Source: Vampirovibrionales bacterium
GTDB taxonomy: Bacteria; Cyanobacteriota; Vampirovibrionia; Vampirovibrionales; JAJTHC01
Assembly: GCA_046341215.1 (NCBI GenBank)
Contig: JBKDRU010000049.1
Coordinates: forward strand, 3,342-67,341
Reading direction: 5' to 3'
Length of the DNA: 64,000 bases
Shown in pieces: positions 50,267 through 61,451 of this stretch. The position numbers were made by a program, and so were the translations under genes. Position 1 is the stretch's first letter. Every line of letters begins with the position of its first letter. The notes under the pieces are model-generated. The model saw only the letters and a list, made by a program, of their open reading frames with translations, ran no database searches and was not told the origin of the DNA.

Positions 50267-50632
50267 GTGAGCGAACTCGTCCATTTTGCCCCGACCCATG
50301 AATATATTTACCCTCAAGATGCCGATCACCTTTTAGTGGGTTTGGATCCTGCTGTGGCAGAAAAGCTCGATGAAATTCGCTACATTGAAGTCACCGAAGT
50401 GGGTGAAGAACTTTCCGCAGGCGATACCTTTGCAACGATTGGAACATCCAACGGTGAAATCGAACTTGCCATGCCTGTGGGTGGTACGATTCTTTCAATC
50501 AACGACGAAGTGATTGAACGCCCTCAACTCTTATGTAATGAAAACTTTGATGTAAGTTGGTTACTTGAAGTAGAAGCCAGCAGTCCAAAGGAATTAGAGA
50601 CCTTTATTAGTGTGTCGAACACATCCCTCTAA
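50267..50632 (+). CDS. Glycine cleavage H-like protein lacking the lipoyl lysine
   Basis: THEY, GDTFATIGTSNG, PVGGTILSIND, P.L.N..WL: GcvH fold with ESVK replaced by GTSN. Confidence 0.8.
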   Translation: MSELVHFAPTHEYIYPQDADHLLVGLDPAVAEKLDEIRYIEVTEVGEELSAGDTFATIGTSNGEIELAMPVGGTILSINDEVIERPQLLCNENFDVSWLLEVEASSPKELETFISVSNTSL

Positions 50633-50752
50633 TTATTTATGATGTTGCCTAAAGGTATTTCACGCAAATACCAAAAGAATGCTATAATTAAGAGACGTTG
50701 TAATAGCTTGTCAAAGATTGAGCCAAATATTGAGTTAGGGTGAACGTTATTT

Positions 50753-52717
50753 ATGAAAAATTACCAAACAACAGGTGTTATGATTACCGCACTTCTGTTG
50801 ATTAGCGTGCTTTTTGCATCCACCTTAATGGTGGGGACTCCTGAAGAAGAAGCCCAATCATTGCCCTATTCTGAATTAATGAATAAAGTCAAGGCAGGGG
50901 AAATTAGCCGTGTGGTGGTCAAAGGCTTGGAAGTAGAAGCCATTGCTAAGCCGAGTTTGCCAAAAGCTGACAAGGTGAAGGCGACTCAAACCACTGCGCC
51001 ACCCAGCAAAGCCAAACCTGAAAAACTCCGTTTAAGTGATCTTTTTCTAAAGCCTAAAGTAGCCAAAAGCACTGCCCCTATAAGCCTTCACTATAAATCG
51101 CAAATGCCTGCGGGTACGGCTGAACATTGGCTCCCACAGTTTGAAGCCAAAAACATCGCCATTGAAGTGAAAGACCCTAAAAAAGATAGCTTTTGGTGGG
51201 ATATTCTCGGCTACTTTATGTGGGCGTTATTGCCGATTCTACTGCTTGTTTTTATGTGGCGAAACATCGGGGCAGGCGGCTCGCAAGCCATGAGCTTCGG
51301 CAAAAGTCGAGCCAAAATGCTTGTTGAAAAAGATATTAAAATCACCTTTGCCGATGTCGCAGGCATCGACGAAGCCAAAGAAGAGCTTGAAGAAGTCGTT
51401 GACTTTCTTAAAAATGCGGATCGTTACCAAAAGCTCGGAGCCAAAATCCCCAAAGGCGTCTTGCTAGTAGGATCCCCCGGTACGGGTAAAACGCTATTAG
51501 CTAAAGCTGTTGCGGGTGAAGCAGGCGTGCCGTTCTTTAGTATTTCAGGGTCAGATTTTGTGGAAATGTTCGTCGGTGTCGGTGCTAGTCGTGTACGTGA
51601 CCTGTTTGAACAAGCCAAGAAGCAAGCCCCTTGTATCGTGTTTATTGATGAGATCGATGCCGTCGGTCGCCAGCGTGGAGCAGGCATGGGCGGTGGGCAT
51701 GACGAACGTGAACAAACACTCAACCAGCTATTAGTTGAAATGGATGGCTTTGATTCCACGACAGGCATTATTATCGTCGCAGCGACCAACCGTCCTGATA
51801 TTTTGGACAACGCTTTGTTGCGTCCCGGTCGTTTTGACCGTCGTGTGGAAATTGACACGCCTGATTTAAAGGGTCGTGAACAGATTTTAAAAGTGCATTC
51901 CAAAGGCAAGCCTATTGCTGAAGAAGTTGAACTCAAGCGTGTGGCTCGTCGCACGTCGGGCTTTAGTGGGGCGGATCTCGCTAACTTGCTGAATGAGTCG
52001 GCATTACTCGCCGCACGTCGAAATCAAACCGAAATTAGCACCATCGATATTGAAGACAGCATCGACCGTGTCATTCTAGGCTTGCAGAAAAAGTCCAAGC
52101 TCATCAAAGAAGAAGACAAAGAATCGACGGCTTACCATGAAATTGGGCATGCGTTGACAGGCTACTTCACCGAAGGGCAGGATCCTCTACGGAAGGTGAC
52201 GATTATTCCTCGTGGTTGGACGCTGGGAGCCGCATGGTACGCCCCTGAAGAAGAATACGAACAAGTCTCAGTCAAAAAGAAAACGATGCTTGGTAATATC
52301 GCCGTTTCGCTGGGGGGACGTGTGGCGGAAGAAATCGTCTACGGAGCCGACTATGTTTCTACAGGTGCGGCCAACGACTTGCAAAAGGTCGGTAAAATCG
52401 CCCGCAACATCGTGATGACTTACGGTATGACTGATGCCCTTGGAGCCTTGCCGTATGGCGAGCGTAACGAGCAACAATTTATGGGGCGTGATTTTGGCAC
52501 GACGCGCAATTACAGCGAAGACATGGCGTCTAAAATTGACACGGAAGTGCGCCGTATTGTGGATGAACAGTATGCGTACACCCGTCAGCTTTTGTTAAGC
52601 CATCGTGATTTGATGGAGCGTTTGACTCGTATTTTGTTGGAAAAAGAAACGCTCGAAGGCGACGAATTCAAGACGATTGTCGAAGATTACTTGAAAGATT
52701 CTGCCGTTGAAGCTTAA
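50753..52717 (+). CDS. ftsH: ATP-dependent zinc metalloprotease FtsH
   Basis: Two TM helices, [25 protein letters not shown]. Confidence 0.97.
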   Translation: MKNYQTTGVMITALLLISVLFASTLMVGTPEEEAQSLPYSELMNKVKAGEISRVVVKGLEVEAIAKPSLPKADKVKATQTTAPPSKAKPEKLRLSDLFLKPKVAKSTAPISLHYKSQMPAGTAEHWLPQFEAKNIAIEVKDPKKDSFWWDILGYFMWALLPILLLVFMWRNIGAGGSQAMSFGKSRAKMLVEKDIKITFADVAGIDEAKEELEEVVDFLKNADRYQKLGAKIPKGVLLVGSPGTGKTLLAKAVAGEAGVPFFSISGSDFVEMFVGVGASRVRDLFEQAKKQAPCIVFIDEIDAVGRQRGAGMGGGHDEREQTLNQLLVEMDGFDSTTGIIIVAATNRPDILDNALLRPGRFDRRVEIDTPDLKGREQILKVHSKGKPIAEEVELKRVARRTSGFSGADLANLLNESALLAARRNQTEISTIDIEDSIDRVILGLQKKSKLIKEEDKESTAYHEIGHALTGYFTEGQDPLRKVTIIPRGWTLGAAWYAPEEEYEQVSVKKKTMLGNIAVSLGGRVAEEIVYGADYVSTGAANDLQKVGKIARNIVMTYGMTDALGALPYGERNEQQFMGRDFGTTRNYSEDMASKIDTEVRRIVDEQYAYTRQLLLSHRDLMERLTRILLEKETLEGDEFKTIVEDYLKDSAVEA

Positions 52718-53979
52718 ACGCTTTCTTCAATAGGTATTTCTTTTGTCGCCGTGAGCTTCAACAAAAACGGAGCCACAAGTGTCGTTAAAATCACCACGAT
52801 AATCAACATATTCGACCATGTGGCATCCAACAAGCCCGAACTTTTACCCACTTGCACAAAAATAAGCCCCACCTCTCCACGAGGCACCATGCCCATGCCC
52901 ACAAAGGCGGAATTAATGCCCTTGTCTCGAATGGCAAAGCCTGAAAGGGCTTTACTCGCTATGGCTAAAACACTTAAACCCAACGCCGATAGAAAATAAC
53001 GCAACTGTTCAGGGTCAAACGGATTGAGGGACTGAACATCCAACTGCATGCCAATGCCCACAAAAAACAGGGGGGTGATAATCGATGAAAACGCACCTAC
53101 GTCTCGCAAAACCAGCTTGAAATTCGGATCGTCTTCTCGTTCCTTGAGAAATAAACCACACGCAAAGGCTACCAACGCCATTGAAATGCCCAAAGTGGAT
53201 TGCACCATCCAGCAGGTGACGAGAATACACCCTATAATGAGCATTTGTTCTTTGGTTGTGCCGTCTGCTAAGTTAATCAAACGGTTGCCTAGTCGCTTAA
53301 AGGCTTGATGCACCACAGTAGGCAGAAGGAGTTTGTTTTGCTTGTAAAACCGCCACCCAACGATGCCAATAACGCATAAGCCCATAAATAAAAGTATAAA
53401 AAGGATTTTAGGCATTCCTGCAAACGGTGATGTTTTGGCGACGCTAATACCTTGCATGAAGGCTAAAATGCCTAAACCCAAGATGTCGTCAATGACCGCC
53501 GCCCCTAGAATAATTTGTGATTCGGGCGTTTCGAGCTGGTTTAAGTCGCTCAAGGTGCGGGCGGTAATACCAATGCTGGTTGCGGTTAGCGTGGCTCCCA
53601 CCATAACTGCGGTTAGGGTCACGAGTCCATTGAGTAACGCAAAGCCTGTCCCCACGATCCATGGGACAAGTATACCAACAATAGCTACTAATAGAGCCTG
53701 TTTACCCACTTGTACAATGCTTCGCCACTGCGTTTCAAGTCCTGTTTCCACCAGCAATAAAAGCAAGCCCAGTTCCATGAACAGATTCATGGTATCCGTG
53801 GGATGTAACCACCCCAAAACGGAAGGCCCGAGCAGAATACCCACGAACAATTCACCCAACAGGGTAGACTGCCCCATGCGTTTGAAGCCTTCACTAAAAA
53901 ATGCCCCCACGACCAAGAGAAAACCCAGCAAGCCAATTTCATTGACGATGTGAATAGACATATATAGGGTTCCCTTCAA
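52714..53979 (-). CDS. Cation:proton antiporter (CPA2, NhaS3/NapA-like)
   Basis: TATSIGITAR, GAAVIDDILG, GMVPRGEVGLIF. Confidence 0.9.
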   Translation of the reverse strand: MKGTLYMSIHIVNEIGLLGFLLVVGAFFSEGFKRMGQSTLLGELFVGILLGPSVLGWLHPTDTMNLFMELGLLLLLVETGLETQWRSIVQVGKQALLVAIVGILVPWIVGTGFALLNGLVTLTAVMVGATLTATSIGITARTLSDLNQLETPESQIILGAAVIDDILGLGILAFMQGISVAKTSPFAGMPKILFILLFMGLCVIGIVGWRFYKQNKLLLPTVVHQAFKRLGNRLINLADGTTKEQMLIIGCILVTCWMVQSTLGISMALVAFACGLFLKEREDDPNFKLVLRDVGAFSSIITPLFFVGIGMQLDVQSLNPFDPEQLRYFLSALGLSVLAIASKALSGFAIRDKGINSAFVGMGMVPRGEVGLIFVQVGKSSGLLDATWSNMLIIVVILTTLVAPFLLKLTATKEIPIEESV

Positions 53980-54020
53980 GGCAACGTAACCTTCTTATTC
54001 TAGCACATCTCTTAGATGAA

Positions 54021-54479
54021 TTATCTTATCAAACGAGCCAAAATTAGTTTTAAAATATAAAAAGTAGTCGTGTAATATCTAAGAAAAAGGTTTCGTTGAC
54101 TATTTATGTTTGAATTAAAAATAAAAAAGTAAAGCTTGATTTTAAATAATTCTATATTATCAAGCCGTATTTTATTTTTATCTAACAATTCTCTGAGTCG
54201 TAGTTTTCGTCTGGTGCTTTCAATAGCACGAGCCATTTCTTCTAAATTTTTGAGCCGTATATTATTTTGTTCTAACAATTTGTTGAGTCGTACTTTTCGT
54301 CTGGCGCTTTCAATAGCACGAGCCATTTCTTCTAATGCTAAGAAGTCGGGACCATGAAAGGGGGAGGGAATTTTCTTCTTACTTAAAGGATTTACCGCAG
54401 GAAGCAAAGGTTCCTTTTCGGAGACGGTCTGTAGGGGCGAAGAGGACCTAGATTGATTAAATGGAAAACGGACAGGCAT
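54021..54479 (-). CDS. Hypothetical AT-rich protein with a 30-aa internal duplication
   Basis: AGGAG RBS before ATG at 54479; EEMARAIES..RRK unit occurs twice (90-bp period). Confidence 0.5.
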   Translation of the reverse strand: MPVRFPFNQSRSSSPLQTVSEKEPLLPAVNPLSKKKIPSPFHGPDFLALEEMARAIESARRKVRLNKLLEQNNIRLKNLEEMARAIESTRRKLRLRELLDKNKIRLDNIELFKIKLYFFIFNSNINSQRNLFLRYYTTTFYILKLILARLIR

Positions 54480-54507
54480 GGTGGTTTTACTCCTAAAAGA
54501 CTTAATA

Positions 54508-55599
54508 TTAATAAAGAATCGCAACAGCTACCATATAGCGTTCTAATTGTTGAACGCTAAAGTCGAGCATGTTATCACCAGCGTAAAAGGCTCTGTACCA
54601 GGTAACGCTTTCCTGTACGGCTTGCTTTAAAGCATACTGCGGTTTCCAATCAAGGTGCGTCAGGGCTTTGTCGATATTCAATTGCAATAAAGTCGCTTCA
54701 TGCGGATGCTCGCCTATAGCGACTTCATACGAACCTCCACCCCACGAGTCAAGCACGTTTTCCACAACGGTTTCCACCGTACCAATGCCATCTTCATAAG
54801 GCCCAAAGTTCCACGCCTCTGCAAAACGAGTTTCCCCCTGCAATAGCCGATGCCCCAAGTTCAAATAGCCCCACAACGGTTCCAGCACAAACTGCCACGG
54901 ACGCACCGCCTGTGGATGCCTTAATACAATCGCTGCATCAACGTCTAAGGCACGAACGCAGTCAGGCACGAGTCTATCTAAAGAAAAATCTCCACCGCCG
55001 ATGACATTCCCTGCTCGGGCGGTTGCAATCAGAGTCTGATGCGTTTTACCATACTGCGTTGGATTAAAAAACGAGTGCCTAAAGCTTGCGGTTGCCAGTT
55101 CTGCCATACCTTTACTAGAACTATAAGGGTCGTAGCCCCCCATGGCATCCGTTTCGACATAGGCGTAATGGGTTTCACGATTTTCATAACACTTGTCACT
55201 GGTCACATTCACCACCGCTTTTACTGAAGGTGTATGACGCACAGCTTCTAATAGATTCACAACCCCCATGACGTTGGTGTCAAAGGTTTCAATAGGCGTT
55301 TGATAAGACGGTCTCACTAAAGCTTGGGCGGCTAAATGAAAAACGATGTCGGGCTGATGTGTTTCTAGCAATTGACGAAGCCTTTGGGCGTCTCGAACAT
55401 CGCCGATGATCGAAGTCATTGAGCTTTTTAAATCCAGCAAGTCAAACAGATTCGGCGTGGTGTGAGGCTCTAGCGAAAAGCCTACGACGTTGGCTCCCAA
55501 GGTATTTAAGAGCAAGCACAACCAAGCCCCCTTAAATCCCGTATGCCCTGTAACGAGAACTGTTTTACCTTTATACATACCGTTGAAAAGGTCTTTCAT
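54508..55599 (-). CDS. rfbG: CDP-glucose 4,6-dehydratase
   Basis: VTGHTGFKGAWL, HLAAQALVR, SDKCYEN, DPYSSSK, RPWQ.VLEPL. Confidence 0.95.
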   Translation of the reverse strand: MKDLFNGMYKGKTVLVTGHTGFKGAWLCLLLNTLGANVVGFSLEPHTTPNLFDLLDLKSSMTSIIGDVRDAQRLRQLLETHQPDIVFHLAAQALVRPSYQTPIETFDTNVMGVVNLLEAVRHTPSVKAVVNVTSDKCYENRETHYAYVETDAMGGYDPYSSSKGMAELATASFRHSFFNPTQYGKTHQTLIATARAGNVIGGGDFSLDRLVPDCVRALDVDAAIVLRHPQAVRPWQFVLEPLWGYLNLGHRLLQGETRFAEAWNFGPYEDGIGTVETVVENVLDSWGGGSYEVAIGEHPHEATLLQLNIDKALTHLDWKPQYALKQAVQESVTWYRAFYAGDNMLDFSVQQLERYMVAVAILY

Positions 55600-55604
55600 A
55601 CGAT

Positions 55605-56375
55605 TTACCATAATTTCCAAGGGGCGTCTTGACTGGCCCATAAGGCTTCGAGTTCTGTTTTGTCTCGTAAGGTATCCATGGGTTTCCAAAAGCCTTCATG
55701 CTTAAACGCCGTCAACTGCCCTGCTTTCGCCACAGATTCCAACGGCTCCTTTTCAAAAATGCACGCATCATCGCTTAGATACTCAAAAATAGCAGGTTCT
55801 AGAACGAAAAATCCGCCGTTAATCCACGCCCCGTCGCCTTTGGGCTTTTCGTGAAAGGCGGTGACAGCGTCATGGTCATCTAAGGCTAAGGCACCAAAGC
55901 GTCCCACAGGCATGACTGCCGTGACGGTAGCAATCTTTCCTTGGGCTTGATGATGTTGAACAAGGGCATCGATGTTGACATCCGCGACGCCATCGCCATA
56001 CGTGAGCAGGAAGGGAGCATCCCCAATATAAGGTTCCGCCCGTTTTAGTCTACCCCCTGTCATGGTATCAACCCCTGTATCAACCAGCGTAATCTTCCAT
56101 TTTTCAGCGGTGGACTGATGCACTTGAATGCTATTGGCTTCTAGGTCAATGGTAATATCCGATTGATGCAAGAAATAATTGGCGAAATATTCTTTAATCA
56201 GATAGCTTTTATAGCCCAGCAGAATCACAAAATCATTAAAGCCATAGTGGCTGTAGATTTTCATAATATGCCATATAATAGGCTTGCCCCCAATTTCAAT
56301 CATAGGCTTGGGCTTTAAGCTACTTTCTTCACTGATACGGGTGCCGTAGCCCCCCGCAAGTAGGACGACTTTCAT
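55605..56375 (-). CDS. rfbF: Glucose-1-phosphate cytidylyltransferase
   Basis: LAGGYGTRISEES..KPKPM, TYGDG, FWKPMDTLRDK. Confidence 0.96.
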   Translation of the reverse strand: MKVVLLAGGYGTRISEESSLKPKPMIEIGGKPIIWHIMKIYSHYGFNDFVILLGYKSYLIKEYFANYFLHQSDITIDLEANSIQVHQSTAEKWKITLVDTGVDTMTGGRLKRAEPYIGDAPFLLTYGDGVADVNIDALVQHHQAQGKIATVTAVMPVGRFGALALDDHDAVTAFHEKPKGDGAWINGGFFVLEPAIFEYLSDDACIFEKEPLESVAKAGQLTAFKHEGFWKPMDTLRDKTELEALWASQDAPWKLW

Positions 56376-56506
56376 AAGACACTTTCTTGAGATTTTTGAG
56401 GTAGTTCTATTATCTCATAGCTACCTAGGTTTGGTCTAGCCTCTCTCTAAAAATTACGTCTTCTGTGAAAAGCTCTTCAAACGTTTAAAAAATAGCCTTC
56501 TATACT

Positions 56507-58246
56507 TTAGACACTGACATTCAACGACTTAGGCGAACGATTATGCCCCACATTAGTATGCTGTGGTAAGCTTGGCGGTTCTTTCTTAGGATTAACTTGG
56601 CGTTCAAGCACATATTCTGCAGGATACATCGGGGCTTCGCCCTTTTTTACATAGATGTGACCCTTTTGAGGCAAGTCCACATTGTCCGTTAAATAATGTT
56701 CGCGTTCCACAATCTCTACATTAGGGAATTGTTTCGCCAGTACTTTTTCATCACCCGTTAACGCTTGAATCCGCCAAGCCGAATCTCCTAAGTACGCCTG
56801 TGCCATTTCTTGAACATCGGCGGAACTTACTTTCATGTAGCCTTCTTGTAATTCTTCACGACTAATTGGAGGCAAGCCATCTCTCAAGCGGTTGGTTGTA
56901 CCTGCTAAAATACCGTCACTGGTGGCATCGAGGTCTCGCAAGGTGTGAATGGTTTTACGTTTGACTTTGGCTAGTTCGGCTTCAGTCGGAGGGGTTTTGA
57001 CGTAAGTATTAATCGCATCTTCTTGTGCTTCAATCGCCATCGGTAACTTGTCTTCATCAATTTCAGCAGAAACTTCAAATTCGCCATAATGCCTGTTGGC
57101 ATCTACCCCTGATGAAGTGCTATAGACTAAGCCGCGTTCTGTTCGCATGGTCTTAAATAACGAGCCTGTCATCCCGCCCATGAGATTCTTTAAAATAATA
57201 AATTTAGGATAATCTTCTGTACCGACTTCAGGCGATTTCCACAACGTAGACATATGTACCCGATCCAAACGGTTGTCAGAAATTAAAATCGGAGCGCTGA
57301 GGGTTTTCGGATTTACAGGGGGAATCTTCACCATGGCCTTGGGCGGTACGATGACATCATCCGTCTTCCACCCCTTTTCTTCGGCAAGGGAATTAAGTAA
57401 GCTAGCTTGTTGAGACGGTGAAAGCCCAGAAACCATCGCCACTTTGGTGAGTTCGGGGTGGGCATAACTGGCTTTAAACTCTTGAATGGTTTTATAAGGA
57501 TCTAAATCCTTAACTTCCATAATGGTTTTCAAGGTAGATTTCCCGTAAGGGTGGTCGTCTCCCACTCTGGCTCGTTGCACCGTTTCGGCTTTTTGAAAAT
57601 CAGGCTTATTGGAAAGGTTCAATAAGTTTTGCATGACCAAAGTACGAGACGACTCGTATTCTTTTTCATCAATTTCAGGGTTTTTAAGGAAGTCTAAACC
57701 TAAGGCGAGTAACTTTTTTTCTTGTCCACTCGGTCCATTAATCAGTAGGGTGAAGTGATCTTGCGTGACCAAAGTTTCCACCGAAATACCTTTAGCTTGT
57801 AAATCGGCAAGCAATTTCTTTTTTGCTAAAGTGCCATTCAATAATACGTTGTTGGACAAATGCATTTCCGTATCATCAGGAAACATAGGCAAAATGAACT
57901 CAACAGTAGCATTAGGGCGGTTTATGGCTTGTTGTAAGTACGCCTGCGTACCATTTTTAAGTTTCGTAGGTGTAACAGCCCCTATATCAGGATTAGCTTC
58001 CATATTTAATGCATTAAGCATTAAAACAGGTTTGGCTCCATAGGGTTCTTTGGCGAGTTGCTGCAATAGCGATTTTTCTGCTTCACTGTTAGGAAGAATA
58101 TTCACCGCAGGTAAATCGGGTAAAGCTTGAGCTTCTACCGAAAGGACTGGTTCATTTTGATTCGTAGCTGTAGGGATTTCAGCTTTTTTAGGAGCGGGAC
58201 TAAACGGAGTATTCGTGGGTGGATTTGTATGAATGGGCATCATCAA
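56507..58246 (-). CDS. M16 family non-catalytic subunit
   Basis: M16-like (SLFKTMRTERGLVYS, HPYG) but no HxxEH; Pro/Thr/Asn-rich N-terminal extension. Confidence 0.8.
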   Translation of the reverse strand: MMMPIHTNPPTNTPFSPAPKKAEIPTATNQNEPVLSVEAQALPDLPAVNILPNSEAEKSLLQQLAKEPYGAKPVLMLNALNMEANPDIGAVTPTKLKNGTQAYLQQAINRPNATVEFILPMFPDDTEMHLSNNVLLNGTLAKKKLLADLQAKGISVETLVTQDHFTLLINGPSGQEKKLLALGLDFLKNPEIDEKEYESSRTLVMQNLLNLSNKPDFQKAETVQRARVGDDHPYGKSTLKTIMEVKDLDPYKTIQEFKASYAHPELTKVAMVSGLSPSQQASLLNSLAEEKGWKTDDVIVPPKAMVKIPPVNPKTLSAPILISDNRLDRVHMSTLWKSPEVGTEDYPKFIILKNLMGGMTGSLFKTMRTERGLVYSTSSGVDANRHYGEFEVSAEIDEDKLPMAIEAQEDAINTYVKTPPTEAELAKVKRKTIHTLRDLDATSDGILAGTTNRLRDGLPPISREELQEGYMKVSSADVQEMAQAYLGDSAWRIQALTGDEKVLAKQFPNVEIVEREHYLTDNVDLPQKGHIYVKKGEAPMYPAEYVLERQVNPKKEPPSLPQHTNVGHNRSPKSLNVSV

Positions 58247-58279
58247 AAATCTTTCTTTTTAGCTTTTAAACAGTAAGCA

Positions 58280-60016
58280 TTAAGCATTTAAATTTAAACG
58301 TGATGAGGTATTGGAAGTGAGCTTGGCTTCGACAATATCTTGCTTGCCTTCGGGCGGAGGCTCCAGCGTGCTGGGTTCTTCCGTCGTTGGGATAGCGGGT
58401 CCTGCTTCAGGCTTAAACGTTGGCAATGCTCCATCGACGTTCGACGTTTTTTCGCTGTAAACTTCTTTTTCACCAGGTAAGGCATACACGAGTGCATAAC
58501 TTTTACCATTTAAATATTTTCTGGCGTACGATTGAATATCTTCTGGCGTGATGCTATTGATGTACTGTTCATAACGAGCCAAGTAATCGATAGAATTGGT
58601 TAAGCCTTCTGTACCAATGGCGAAACTGGAATCTTCTCCATGTTGTAAGGACATTTTATGCTGATGAATCAACGTTTCCTTGGCATCCTGTAATTTTTGA
58701 TCATCAATCGGCGTACTACCTAGTTGGGTGATTTCTTTCATCAAGGCATTGGCGGCTTTTTGTTCATGACCTTCAAAACTGTGCATCATAAATAAAGACA
58801 TCCCCGTCCTTTTCTGCACGCTCGACATCATGGAAACATCCATGGCTAAGTGTTTTTCTTCTACTAAGTGACGGTTTAAGGGGGAAAGTTCCCCACCTGT
58901 TAAGTAGTTTTCTAGTATCTCTTGCGTTGCACGACCTTTTTTATCATTTTTAGAAGGGCCTTCAAAGCCTAACAAGACGAGCGAAAGTCCACTTAATTTA
59001 GGATCCACATAGGTTTGTTCACGGATTTCATTGGGCTTCATGCTCCACTTTAGACCCGCGTCGTTAATAGGCGCAGGGCGTGCCACTTGATGCCCAAATT
59101 CTTTGTTCATCAATGGTAAAACATCCGCAGGATTTACGTTGCCTGAAAGCACGGTAATCATGTTAGTTGGGGTATAGAATGTGTCAAAGAACCGTTTTAA
59201 ATCAGATGCCTTGGTGTCTAACACATCATTACGACTACCTAATGTTTGATAAGACACGGGGCGATCCAACATTAGCTCAAAGGATTTATCCATCGCACGA
59301 AGACTAGAGCTTTCAAGGCGTTCGCTGGCTTCGTTCAAGACATTCCTACGTTCTTGTTCAATGTTTTTCTCTTCATACACAGGATGCAAGACCTGTTCTG
59401 CGTGTAGTTGGAGCATACTGGGCAAATCTTCACGGTTAAAATGCAGCTCATGCTGGACTTCTTCGTCACTTGTACTGGCATTAAGTGAAACACCGTAAGC
59501 TTCTATGTTTTCAACCCATTCATTTTTATTGGGAAAGTTTTTAGTGGTAAGAAAATGGCAATGTTCATCCAAGTGAGCAATGCCTGATTGAAATCCTGTT
59601 TCCTGATACTGCGGTGTTTTGTAAACGGGATTTTCGTTGGTGGAACCCGTACGAATAAACGTCCGCAAACTAACTAAATTATCATGACGACGTTCAAAGT
59701 AAATTTGATGCCCATTTTTCAGAACATAATGTTCCAATTTATTACCATTGGGTAATTGGGTAGAAGGCAGTTCTTGAATGCCCAAGGCCTTGAGTTCATC
59801 TTTAGTGTCCCTAGGTGGCGTGACGGGTGATTTAGTAGGGGGAACCTCTTTTGCGAAAGGAGGATCCAACACCAAGCCAATTTCTTCAAAAGGTAAAATA
59901 CCGTTTTCAGGCAAACGCTCTATAGTATCTTGGTTGTTTTGGGGAAGTCCCTTAACAGAAGCCGTATAATAGGCCTGAAGCATGGGTGATAGAGTATGGG
60001 TTTTTGATGAAGTCAT
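58280..60016 (-). CDS. M16 family zinc peptidase, catalytic subunit
   Basis: GIAHLDEH (HxxEH), LNASTS, ERRNVLNE, YTPTNM; ATG at 60016 chosen as start. Confidence 0.88.
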   Translation of the reverse strand: MTSSKTHTLSPMLQAYYTASVKGLPQNNQDTIERLPENGILPFEEIGLVLDPPFAKEVPPTKSPVTPPRDTKDELKALGIQELPSTQLPNGNKLEHYVLKNGHQIYFERRHDNLVSLRTFIRTGSTNENPVYKTPQYQETGFQSGIAHLDEHCHFLTTKNFPNKNEWVENIEAYGVSLNASTSDEEVQHELHFNREDLPSMLQLHAEQVLHPVYEEKNIEQERRNVLNEASERLESSSLRAMDKSFELMLDRPVSYQTLGSRNDVLDTKASDLKRFFDTFYTPTNMITVLSGNVNPADVLPLMNKEFGHQVARPAPINDAGLKWSMKPNEIREQTYVDPKLSGLSLVLLGFEGPSKNDKKGRATQEILENYLTGGELSPLNRHLVEEKHLAMDVSMMSSVQKRTGMSLFMMHSFEGHEQKAANALMKEITQLGSTPIDDQKLQDAKETLIHQHKMSLQHGEDSSFAIGTEGLTNSIDYLARYEQYINSITPEDIQSYARKYLNGKSYALVYALPGEKEVYSEKTSNVDGALPTFKPEAGPAIPTTEEPSTLEPPPEGKQDIVEAKLTSNTSSRLNLNA

Positions 60017-60195
60017 AAAATAAAGCCTATATGAGTTTAAAAGAAGATCAGCCTTAACTATAATGGCATAAACACAAAACACCTTCAAATGATGCTAAAA
60101 CTTGTTACAATGTATCGACATAAAATAGTATTTGCGTGAGGCAGGCTTTTCAGTTAGGATTGTACAAATACAAAAAATATGGAGACATCCTTTGA

Positions 60196-61416
60196 ATGTT
60201 TAACGACCCTGCAGAAATCAATGAAGTCGGTGTAGTTCACTACCCTGATTTAGACAAGCACGTCCGTATATTTGACACCACCTTAAGAGACGGAGAACAA
60301 TCTGCCGGAGCCTCTTTACATGGGTATGAAAAACTACAAATCGCCAAAAATTTAGAAAAATTACGAGTGGATATTATCGAAGCCGGTTTTCCCGCTTCGT
60401 CTGAAGAAGATTTTAATTCGGTTCGTGAAATCGCCGCAACCATTGAATATTCAACTATCGCTGGATTGGCTCGATGTAAGCAGTCTGACATTCAAGCCGT
60501 GTGGGATGCTGTGAAAGTTGCCAAAAAGCCCCGCATCCATACGTTTATTGCGACATCCGACATTCATATTGAAGCCAAATTCAACAAAACCCGTGAAGAA
60601 GTGCTAAACATGGCTGTTGAACATGTGCGTTTTGCCAAAAGCTTGTGTGCCGATATTGAGTTTAGTGCTGAAGATGCAGGACGTACGGATCCTGAATATT
60701 TGTATGCCGTACTTGAGGCTGTCATTAATGCAGGGGCGACTACGGTGAACATCCCTGATACGGTGGGCTATACCTTACCAAATGAGTTTGGTCGTTTGAT
60801 TTATAATATCCGCCATCGTGTACCAAACATCCACCAAGCGGTTATTTCCACGCATTGTCATAACGATTTGGGCTTAGCGGTAGCCAATAGCTTGATGGGC
60901 GTCATGAACGGTGCCAGACAAGTGGAATGCACCATTAACGGCATCGGTGAACGGGCTGGTAATGCGGCGATGGAAGAAATTGTGATGGGTTTGCATGTGC
61001 GTCGTGATGTGATGCAAGGCATTCATACGAGCGTGAATCCGCTGTATTTTTATGAAACCAGTCGTATGGTCAGTGAAATGACGAGTATTGCGGTTCAGCC
61101 CAACAAAGCCATTGTGGGACGCAACGCCTTTGCCCATGAAAGTGGAATCCATCAAGACGGCTTCTTAAAAAGCAGTCAAACCTATGAGATTATGGAACCT
61201 GAAATGGTGGGGGTTGCGGCGACTGATTTACCCTTGGGGCCTCGTTCAGGGCGAGCGGCTTTGCGGATGCGTCTTCATGCCTTGGGCTATGATTTAAATC
61301 CCGAGCAATTACAGGCGTTATTTCCTCTTTTCAAGCGTGTAGCAGATCAAAAAAAGCGTGTTGAAAATGACGACCTTCAAGCCATTCATGCGGAATGGTT
61401 GTCTCTTAAAGTTTAG
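60196..61416 (+). CDS. leuA: 2-isopropylmalate synthase, short form without C-terminal regulatory domain
   Basis: [38 protein letters not shown]; only 406 aa. Confidence 0.88.
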   Translation: MFNDPAEINEVGVVHYPDLDKHVRIFDTTLRDGEQSAGASLHGYEKLQIAKNLEKLRVDIIEAGFPASSEEDFNSVREIAATIEYSTIAGLARCKQSDIQAVWDAVKVAKKPRIHTFIATSDIHIEAKFNKTREEVLNMAVEHVRFAKSLCADIEFSAEDAGRTDPEYLYAVLEAVINAGATTVNIPDTVGYTLPNEFGRLIYNIRHRVPNIHQAVISTHCHNDLGLAVANSLMGVMNGARQVECTINGIGERAGNAAMEEIVMGLHVRRDVMQGIHTSVNPLYFYETSRMVSEMTSIAVQPNKAIVGRNAFAHESGIHQDGFLKSSQTYEIMEPEMVGVAATDLPLGPRSGRAALRMRLHALGYDLNPEQLQALFPLFKRVADQKKRVENDDLQAIHAEWLSLKV

Positions 61417-61451
61417 CTTTTTTAGAATGTCTTATATGCTGGTCGTTTTGG

